This document shows positions 48,325 through 55,911 of a DNA stretch of 64,000 nucleotides, in pieces; the first letter of the stretch is position 1; every line of letters starts with the position of its first letter. Source of the DNA: Methylococcaceae bacterium (GTDB lineage: Bacteria; Pseudomonadota; Gammaproteobacteria; Methylococcales; Methylomonadaceae). Position numbers and translations under genes: made by a program. The notes beneath the pieces were generated by a model. It had not been told where the DNA came from. It saw only the letters and a list, made by a program, of their open reading frames with translations, and did no database searches. The DNA lies in the NCBI GenBank assembly GCA_044426515.1, contig JAUGSS010000062.1, positions 5,523 through 69,522 of the forward strand. The letters are read 5' to 3'.

Positions 48325-50229
48325 CTATTTCACCCTGCGATACAGGGCATTTCTGCTAATGCCGAGGCGTCGCGCGGCTTCGGACATATTGCCGCGGCTT
48401 GCGGCGATCACACGCGCGACAGCGGCTTCGGACAATTCTTTCAGGTTTTCTCCTGCAATGGCCGCATCGGGCGATGCCATCGTATGCCGGTCCAGCAGCA
48501 GTTCTTCGGCGAGATCGTCGGGCAGATGCTGCCAGCCGATAGTAAGCTCCTCTTCGTCGAGCAGAGCGGTAGCGGTTCGCAGCACATTAACCAATTGCCG
48601 CAGATTGCCGGGCCAGGCGTAAGTGGCGAAAGCCGCAGCAATACTGTCATCGAGCATTACGTTCCGGTCCGGCGCCATTTCCTGCAACATGCGCGCCGCC
48701 AACACCTCGAAATCGCTGCGCTCGCGCAAGGCCGGCAATTTAAGATTGAAGCCGTTGATGCGGTAGTAGAGATCGTCACGGAAACGGCCGGCTTCCATTT
48801 CGGCCTTTAAGTCGCGATGCGTGGCGCAGACCAAGTCGAAGTCGACCGGCACAGGCTTGATGCCGCCTACCGGCACCACCTCGCGCTCCTGCAACACTCG
48901 CAGCAGCCGTGCTTGTTGAGCCAGCGGCATATCGCCAATCTCGTCGAGGAACAGGGTGCCGCCGTCCGCCGAACGTATGCGGCCGGGAGAGCCTTCCTTG
49001 CGAGCGCCGGTGAAAGTACCGGGATCGTAGCCGAACAACTCCGTCTCGATCAGGCTTTCCGGCAGCGTTGCGCAATTAACGGCAACGAAAGGTTTCCCCC
49101 GCCGCAGCCCGGCATTGTGGAAAGCATTGGCGAAAAGTTCCTTGCCGACCCCAGACTCTCCCCGCAGTAGCAGCGCTATGGACTTTCCGACTAGCCGGCG
49201 CGCCTTATGGATGGCGGTTTTCACCTGTATGTCGCCGGTATCGAGCGCCGACAGCGCATCGTCCTGGGCTTCGGGTTCACGGGGAATGAAGGTTTGGAAA
49301 GTCTTATGACCCAATTCGACGCGGACAAACAAGCATTCGCCGGTGTGCCGCATGATTCGCATCGGTTCTCTGCCGCGCCGTAGTCCCCAATGGATCAGAT
49401 CCTTAAGATATACCTGCAACACATGGGCAACCGGTGTTGTCCCAAGGTCGGAGGGACTCAAGCCCAGCAAGGCCAGTGCGGCCTGGTTGGCGCCGACTAT
49501 CCAGCCGTCTTCCGACAGGGCGACCTTACCCTCGGCAATCGTGCCGATACCTTCGGCAAGCGGATGGAAGCGTAAGCGTAACGCGTCGCCATGAAGCGCG
49601 TAGAACAAGCGGTTCTCGATCATCTGCGCTGCCGCGCGCACAAACCCGAAGGTATGGGGATGGCGCGCCCGGTAATCGCCGGATATGTTAAGGACACCCA
49701 GAAAACGTCCATTCGGCGACGCTATCGGCGCGGCGGCGCAAGAAAGAAAGCCGTGGCGTTCGAGAAAATGCTCGGAACCATGGACGACTACCGGGCCGTC
49801 CACAGCCAGTGCTGTACCGATACCACTGGTGCCTCGATGTTGTTCGTGCCACGAAGCACCTTGCATGAGGGCGACCCGTTCGGCACGACCCAAAAAATCG
49901 GTGTCGCCCAAGGTTTCGAGCAGCACCCCGCAATCATCGGCAAGAATAACCATGCTCGCGGAATCGCGGGTCTGGGAATACAAGTATTCCATGACCGGTC
50001 GGGCATGGGCAATCAGTAGGCGTTGCCGGTCGGCGGCGCGGGCAAACTCGAAGCCTTCAAGGTAAGGCGCGTCCGACGGACCGCCGACGGGTACAAGACC
50101 CGCATTAAGACAGCGGTTCCACGATTGCAAAACGGTGGCCCCTACCAACTCTGGGGACGGCAGTTCCCCTCGCTCAACCAGTAGATGACGTGCTTTACGT
50201 AAGGTTGTGTCGGTCGATTTAGTCAACAT
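48325..50229 (-). CDS. AcoR-type sigma54-dependent activator (GAF-PAS-AAA-Fis HTH)
   Basis: SWNRC, GASWHEQHRGTSGIGTAL, GESGVGKE, ETELFGYDPGTFTGA, WPGNLRQL, AARRLGISRNALYR. Confidence 0.92.
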   Translation of the reverse strand: MLTKSTDTTLRKARHLLVERGELPSPELVGATVLQSWNRCLNAGLVPVGGPSDAPYLEGFEFARAADRQRLLIAHARPVMEYLYSQTRDSASMVILADDCGVLLETLGDTDFLGRAERVALMQGASWHEQHRGTSGIGTALAVDGPVVVHGSEHFLERHGFLSCAAAPIASPNGRFLGVLNISGDYRARHPHTFGFVRAAAQMIENRLFYALHGDALRLRFHPLAEGIGTIAEGKVALSEDGWIVGANQAALALLGLSPSDLGTTPVAHVLQVYLKDLIHWGLRRGREPMRIMRHTGECLFVRVELGHKTFQTFIPREPEAQDDALSALDTGDIQVKTAIHKARRLVGKSIALLLRGESGVGKELFANAFHNAGLRRGKPFVAVNCATLPESLIETELFGYDPGTFTGARKEGSPGRIRSADGGTLFLDEIGDMPLAQQARLLRVLQEREVVPVGGIKPVPVDFDLVCATHRDLKAEMEAGRFRDDLYYRINGFNLKLPALRERSDFEVLAARMLQEMAPDRNVMLDDSIAAAFATYAWPGNLRQLVNVLRTATALLDEEELTIGWQHLPDDLAEELLLDRHTMASPDAAIAGENLKELSEAAVARVIAASRGNMSEAARRLGISRNALYRRVK

Positions 50230-50520
50230 ACTGCTTCCTAATTTTTTTTGCTCGGATAGCGTAATTCTTGCTGCATCTGCTTAGCCTTTTGGGTAGGATT
50301 AACAGTTGCTTACAACGGCGTTTTCGTTACTCATCTTACGCTCAACTTGATTAGGTGAAAACAGCAGTTATACCTATTCAGAGACGCGTCTTTAGGTAAG
50401 TCCCAAGAATTAAATACTCAACATCCGGCTTAATAAACAGAGCAATAATCTCAGCTATCAAGTTTAAGCCGTCATATCTGCAGTGCTGTCATTGCATCAA
50501 AACCGAATGTTAAACAATAA

Positions 50521-50536
50521 AGCATGGTCTGTGCCA
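50521..50536 (-). promoter_or_regulatory. sigma54 -24/-12 promoter heading the CoM/epoxide cluster
   Basis: minus-strand TGGCACAGACCATGCT matches TGGCAC-N5-TTGC spacing; dyad CTGTGTCG..CGTTACAG ~110-130 bp upstream. Confidence 0.75.
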
Positions 50537-50720
50537 AATGCCTAAATAATGCCTCTTCGCCGCTATAAGCCTCACTATAACGGGATTGACCATTTGTTAA
50601 GGCAAGAGATTTTCGTATTTTTTGATGAATTTGGGAGGGGCAAGCTGTGTCGTTTCGTTACAGGTGTGCCATAGCGACGCAGTTTAATGATAAAAATCGA
50701 GTATCTGTGTCTGGGGGGCG

Positions 50721-50919
50721 TTAGGAACTGCCGGTTGCTTTCAGCGCCGGCTGGGATAAGTTTTGCAAGAACGAGGTGGATATTTTCCGTCCTTGGCATT
50801 CCAGGAAATCCTGTTGGGCGTCAAGGGCAGATACACGCTGTTTTAATAGCCACCTGCTCGGCAAACCGGGGCGTTGAACGACCAATGATATGTGCGGATT
50901 GTTCCAAAGGACGGAAGGT
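50721..50919 (-). pseudogene. ISKra4-family-like transposase fragment (frameshifted)
   Basis: TFRPLEQSAHIIGRSTPRFAEQVAIK / DAQQDFLECQGRKISTSFLQNLSQ resembles the ISKra4 segment TYCPLE..ARII..STPRFAK...DL.ENHGRK....LQ.LS. Confidence 0.55.
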
Positions 50920-50922
50920 TAA

Positions 50923-51054
50923 GTAACGTGCATGAAATAACTTGAGCAAGTTTTATTTTTAAACCATGAAGAACATGAAAAGCATGAAGGATTTAAGTCT
51001 TCATGTCCTTCATGCTCTTCGTGGTAATTGCTTAAATTAATTGATGCATGTTCC
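50923..51054. mobile_element. MITE (132 bp), inverted twin at 59500-59622
   Basis: imperfect TIRs GTAACGTGCATGAAATAA / TTAATTGATGCATGTTCC, TAA on both flanks, internal CATGAAG palindromes. Confidence 0.75.
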
Positions 51055-51090
51055 TAAGCTGCGTCCGTGTATTGCGAAATCCTTACACAA

Positions 51091-53403
51091 CTACATAGTC
51101 AAACGCAGCCCAATCCATCCTGCTCTAGGCGCGCCGGGCGACACAAAGCGGCCGTCGTCAAAGCCCGGCAAGATTTCATTGGCCTGCCCGTAAACGCCAA
51201 AAGAGTTATAGTTTTTGTCGAAAATATTATCGACCTTGCCGAATAGCGCAAAATGCTTGGTCACTTTATATTCAGCTTTGGCATTAAATACCCAGTAACC
51301 GGCTAAGGGTTTGGTGGTATTGGCTTCGTCGCCCCTGAAATATTTATTGCCGCTGTAGATGCCGTCAATACCCAACGATACGCGCTGCCATAAATCCACG
51401 CCGATATTGGCTTTATAGATATGCTCCGGAATTCCGGGAATTCTGTCGCCGGTGGCAACGGGAATCGCCTGGCTAGGGTCCAACGGGTTCTGAATATCGA
51501 AACCGTCCAGGAAGCGGGCATTCAAATAGGTATAGTTGGTCGAAAAATGCCAATCGTCAATCCGGCTGAACAGTTGCGGATAATTAACGGTGGTCGCTGC
51601 TTCTATGCCGTAGCGGCGGGTCTTGCCGACATTGCTGAAATAGCCTTGACTGATAATGCCGCCGGAGGCATCGCGGCGAAAAACAATATCGTTGTGGTTA
51701 ATGGTGTTGAAATAACCCAGGTTCCATTTCAAATCGCCTTTGTCTAACAGTTCATCCAAATCTCCCCTGAAACCGCCTTCCCAGGTAAGAGCTACCACCT
51801 GTTGTAAAGGCGGATCGGACACGAAAGAATTAGGCAGTTTGCACGGAGCCGCCGGATCGGCACAGCTTAGCTCCATCGGCGTGGGTGCGCGCGTAGACTC
51901 GCTGTAACTGCCGTACACATTCAGGTTATCCCTGATTTGATAGGTTAATCCGGCCGAAGGATTAAGCCGTTCAAAGGTGTGAGAGCCGTCCAGGGTTTTT
52001 AACGGGTCTTTTATATAGCGATCTTCCATGTTGACGTGAATAGTGTTGTAACGCCCGGCTATGGTCGCCGTTAAAGCATCGGTAATCGAAAAACTGTCGG
52101 TCAGGAACACACCCGCCGTTGAGGTATTGGTATGCAAGCGAATCCTGGATTCATCAACCATAATGCCGCTTTGCGTTGTGCCTCGGGTGTCGGTCAACGA
52201 GCCCAGTTCGGTGTCCGAACCGAAATGCGCCTCGGCGTAATCATAGCTGGTGCCTACGGTCAGGTTGTTTTGATGCTTGAACAGGTCCTGGGCAAACGCT
52301 GTCTGTAAAGTACCGCCACGGCTGCGCATTTGGGTTTGGCTGGTATTATTGGTTGCCCCTAAAACCGCATTGTCGGCAAGTACTTGATTGCCGTTTATAT
52401 CGTTAACAATTGCGCCATCCTGATCACACAGCAAAGTGGGATCATCTCCGCAGCTATCGTAATTACTATTGTCGCCATTAAATGTGCCGATTCGATTCTG
52501 CCGAAAATAAGCATTGCCGCTTAGTTCAATATCATCAGCCAGATCGTAACTGCCTGCCAATTCGGAAAAAAACATGCGGGTGACGGTCTGGTCGGGATGG
52601 GTAAACACCGCCGCCCGGTCTTGTTGCTGCAATTGGATAGGCGAGGCGCCGTTGCCCCGCATTTTATTATCATTACCGCCCAAGCTCAGGTCTAAAGAAC
52701 CTTTATCGCCGCGCCAGCTCAAGGTACCGAAGGCCTGATCGGCCTTGGTCGGCGAAAAATTCCGCCAACCGGCTTCGTTAAAATGATGCAGGTCTAAAAA
52801 ATAACCCCAGGTGCCGTTATTCCAGCCGCTGCTTAACTCCTCGGACTGCCTGTCCCAAGAGCCGCCGTAGGCTTCAAACTCATGCTTGGGCGCGGAAAAT
52901 CCGGTTTTGGTTTTGATCGATATAGCACCGCCCAAACTGTTCAGGCCGTAAACCGGGTTAGAACCCGGATATAGAGCCATCGAATCAATCGCTCCTTCGG
53001 GGATTAAATCCCAGTTAACCGTATCGCCGAACGCTTCGTTAAAACGAACGCCGTTAACATAAGTCGATAAGCCTTGCGGCAATCCCAACAACGGTGACGC
53101 GACAAAGCCTCGGTAAGAAATATCCGGCTGCAACGGGTTATTTTGCGCTTCATTAATATGCACACTGCCCAGATAGCGGTTAATGTAGTCCGCTAGGCTG
53201 ATGCTTTGGGCTTTTTCCAGCTGTTCGGAAGAAACGGTTTGGATATTGGCCGGTATTTTGCCGGCGGCAACCCCATTGCTTTGCAACGGGGTAACGCCGA
53301 CCACATCGATGATGCCCAGATCCAGCGGCTGATCTTTAGCCGATGCCGCGCCGCCGACCGCCGTCAGGCCTAGCCCGAGCAGTGTCCATGCAAGTTTTTT
53401 CAT
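51091..53403 (-). CDS. TonB-dependent outer-membrane receptor
   Basis: signal peptide, plug region (PDISYRGF, YVNGVRFNE, YGLNSLGGAI), KVDNIFDKNY, terminal PRAGWIGLRLTM. Confidence 0.92.
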   Translation of the reverse strand: MKKLAWTLLGLGLTAVGGAASAKDQPLDLGIIDVVGVTPLQSNGVAAGKIPANIQTVSSEQLEKAQSISLADYINRYLGSVHINEAQNNPLQPDISYRGFVASPLLGLPQGLSTYVNGVRFNEAFGDTVNWDLIPEGAIDSMALYPGSNPVYGLNSLGGAISIKTKTGFSAPKHEFEAYGGSWDRQSEELSSGWNNGTWGYFLDLHHFNEAGWRNFSPTKADQAFGTLSWRGDKGSLDLSLGGNDNKMRGNGASPIQLQQQDRAAVFTHPDQTVTRMFFSELAGSYDLADDIELSGNAYFRQNRIGTFNGDNSNYDSCGDDPTLLCDQDGAIVNDINGNQVLADNAVLGATNNTSQTQMRSRGGTLQTAFAQDLFKHQNNLTVGTSYDYAEAHFGSDTELGSLTDTRGTTQSGIMVDESRIRLHTNTSTAGVFLTDSFSITDALTATIAGRYNTIHVNMEDRYIKDPLKTLDGSHTFERLNPSAGLTYQIRDNLNVYGSYSESTRAPTPMELSCADPAAPCKLPNSFVSDPPLQQVVALTWEGGFRGDLDELLDKGDLKWNLGYFNTINHNDIVFRRDASGGIISQGYFSNVGKTRRYGIEAATTVNYPQLFSRIDDWHFSTNYTYLNARFLDGFDIQNPLDPSQAIPVATGDRIPGIPEHIYKANIGVDLWQRVSLGIDGIYSGNKYFRGDEANTTKPLAGYWVFNAKAEYKVTKHFALFGKVDNIFDKNYNSFGVYGQANEILPGFDDGRFVSPGAPRAGWIGLRLTM

Positions 53404-53519
53404 TGTTCACTCCGATTCGATAATCCGGCCATCATAGCCAAACCCTGGCGCAGACACTAGGCAGCGGCCTATAAAAGGAAATATTCCTAAGAAACGAGGC
53501 GGCCTTATGCAGTAATACA

Positions 53520-53605
53520 ATGGAACGCGGATGACGCGGATAGTTATGATGAACGCGGATTTTTTTATGATTTATCCGCGTCGATCATAATCATCTGCGT
53601 TCCAT
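53520..53605. repeat. AACGCGGAT-family palindromic repeat
   Basis: ATGGAACGCGGATGACGCGGAT...ATCCGCGTC...ATCTGCGTTCCAT; related copy at ~59640-59751. Confidence 0.7.
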
Positions 53606-53622
53606 CATATTAATGAGGAGAT

Positions 53623-54516
53623 TTGATGAATAAAACGTTTAAAACACATTCCAAAATGAAACGAGTGTTCCATGTCAGTTGGGCGTTTTTGCTGCTCATA
53701 GTGGTGTCGCTTTTTGTCTGGCTAAGGCCCATGTCGGTTAATGCCCTGAGCTACCTGATTTGGAAATACTCAACAACGACACAGACCGAAACAGGCAATA
53801 TTGTTTACCAAGGCGCTCATATCCATTATGTCTCTTACGGCCGCGGTGACCCCGTGCTGTTGTTGCATGGAGGGCTGAGCAATAAACTCAGTTGGTTTTC
53901 CCAGATACCCTGGCTGGTTGCTGCCGGGCGACGAGTCGTGCTGATCGACACCCGTGGTCATGGCGATTCAACACCCGGCAATTCTAAACTCAGCTACCGG
54001 ATTTTTGCTGACGATACCTTATTGGTGCTTGATCGGCTTGGCATTCAGCGCACCGATATTGTCGGTTGGAGCGACGGCGGCATTATTGCGCTATTGCTAG
54101 GACTCGAAGCGCCGCAGCGGGTAGGGCGAATCGTTGCGATCAGTGCCAATTTTCAACCTTCCGGGCTGATTCCTGAAGCCAACCGTGCTCAGGAGCAGCT
54201 TTCGCCAAACAAAATCACCGATCGGCTGCGCAGCTGGTGGTCGGGAGCGGGTGAAAGACATCCTGTTTTGGAAGCGGAGATAAAAGAATTGTGGCGGACA
54301 GCGCCCCAACTTGAGCATTCCGATTTAAAGGCTATTACAGCGCCAACGCTTGTGATTACCGGAGAAAACGATATTATTGATTTGCGGCACTCCAGTGAAT
54401 TGGCGCAAATGCTGGCAAACGGCAAGATTGAAATTATAGCGGACGCCGGTCACGCCGCTCCTGTTACTCATGCCCAACAGATCAACCAACCAACCAATCA
54501 ATCGCATCGTTTCTAA
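53623..54516 (+). CDS. alpha/beta fold hydrolase, membrane-anchored
   Basis: LLLHGG, IDTRGHG, nucleophile GWSDGG, GEND, AGH; last codons shifted by a tetranucleotide repeat. Confidence 0.88.
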   Translation: MMNKTFKTHSKMKRVFHVSWAFLLLIVVSLFVWLRPMSVNALSYLIWKYSTTTQTETGNIVYQGAHIHYVSYGRGDPVLLLHGGLSNKLSWFSQIPWLVAAGRRVVLIDTRGHGDSTPGNSKLSYRIFADDTLLVLDRLGIQRTDIVGWSDGGIIALLLGLEAPQRVGRIVAISANFQPSGLIPEANRAQEQLSPNKITDRLRSWWSGAGERHPVLEAEIKELWRTAPQLEHSDLKAITAPTLVITGENDIIDLRHSSELAQMLANGKIEIIADAGHAAPVTHAQQINQPTNQSHRF

Positions 54517-54549
54517 ATATCAAATTGACCTTGTAATAGTCTTCAGTCT

Positions 54550-55893
54550 ATGAAAATTAAAAAGATTCTGCTTATTTGCCTGTTGTTAACCTTGATCGTG
54601 ATTGGAGTCGGGTTGGCCATCCATAACAAGCCGCCAATTATGCAAGAAGTCATGCATACTGAAAACTTCGGCGATGTGGCCGTTGTCCATCCGCTGATGG
54701 ATTCTGAAGGCCTAGCGCTGGTTTTTGTTGATACCACTAAGTTTCCGGCAACCGCTCTAGGTCAGCGCTTGGCTGCAACCGGCGTTACTGCGGCAATTGT
54801 CGATTCAACGCAGTTTTTTAATCGCTTTAATGGTGCAAACGGACAATGTCTCGATGATCGGCGCGTTGCTGTGTCTATAGACGATCTGCTGAAAAAATTG
54901 CCGAACCGGCATTTGATTGTTGCCGGTATTGCCGACGGCGCATTGATCCCGTTTATTAACGCCCAATTCGCTTCGGTAAGCGATACCGTCAACCTCTCTA
55001 TCGGTTTTTCGGTAAACTTGCCTATCGATCTGGCTTTGTGTCCTCCTTTATTAAGCCAATATCAGCCGCACAAACCTATGCTGGTCTCATCCCCGGCGCT
55101 GAAAGGCAACTGGCGTTCGATTTGGACCGATCAGCCGCCTACCGAGACCGCCGTCTTTATCAAGTCCCTGGGAAATGTCGATACCCGGATTGCCGTTTAC
55201 GATACCGCGTTGGATACGCTGCTGGTTGAGGAGTTAAACACAGCCTTGGGGAAAACCAACTCGTCTTCGCCAGCCATGCCGGTCGTCGAAGTGCCTGTTG
55301 CCAAGCCCGGAGATAACGTTACCCTTTTTTATTCGGGCGACGGTGGCTGGCGTGATCTGGATAGGACCGTAGCCGGGGAAATGGCCGCCTTGAATTATCC
55401 GGTGGTCGGCGTGGATGTGTTGCGTTATTTTTGGCAGCATAAAACACCGGAGCAAGCGGCAGCCGATCTGGCGGCAACCATGGCGTACTATCGAAAAAAC
55501 TGGGGGGTAAAGTCGTTTGTATTGGCGGGTTATTCGTTCGGCGCCGATATCTTGCCGCCTATTTATAATCGCCTGTCAGCACAAGATAAAGACAGTGTTA
55601 CACTTTTGGCGTTGATAGCGTTGGCTCATAGCGCCGATTTTGAAATTCATGTCTCGGGTTGGCTCGGGCAAAGTGCGGGAGAGCATTCCCTGGCCCCGGA
55701 ACTGGCGCAGATACCCAAACACAAGCTGTTATGTATTTATGGAAAGGATGAGAAAGCCGAAACAGCCTGCACCGGTTTGTTGAATAGCGAGGCTACTATT
55801 TTGGAATTGCCCGGCGGCCACCATTTCGACCAGGATTATCCTAAACTGACCAAGCAAATTCTGGATGTATATAAACAGCACGGTATTAACTGA
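54550..55893 (+). CDS. acvB: AcvB/VirJ-family lysyl-phosphatidylglycerol hydrolase
   Basis: FYSGDGGWRDLD, GVDVLRYFW, GYSFGAD, LPGGHHFD; upstream of mprF. Confidence 0.88.
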   Translation: MKIKKILLICLLLTLIVIGVGLAIHNKPPIMQEVMHTENFGDVAVVHPLMDSEGLALVFVDTTKFPATALGQRLAATGVTAAIVDSTQFFNRFNGANGQCLDDRRVAVSIDDLLKKLPNRHLIVAGIADGALIPFINAQFASVSDTVNLSIGFSVNLPIDLALCPPLLSQYQPHKPMLVSSPALKGNWRSIWTDQPPTETAVFIKSLGNVDTRIAVYDTALDTLLVEELNTALGKTNSSSPAMPVVEVPVAKPGDNVTLFYSGDGGWRDLDRTVAGEMAALNYPVVGVDVLRYFWQHKTPEQAAADLAATMAYYRKNWGVKSFVLAGYSFGADILPPIYNRLSAQDKDSVTLLALIALAHSADFEIHVSGWLGQSAGEHSLAPELAQIPKHKLLCIYGKDEKAETACTGLLNSEATILELPGGHHFDQDYPKLTKQILDVYKQHGIN

Positions 55894-55911
55894 GCCTTCC
55901 TCCTGTCGCAT

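Noticed and set aside
50575-50926. 74- and 79-aa ORFs upstream of the activator
   Set aside because: Alternative frames over the transposase relic and promoter region; no RBS or motif.
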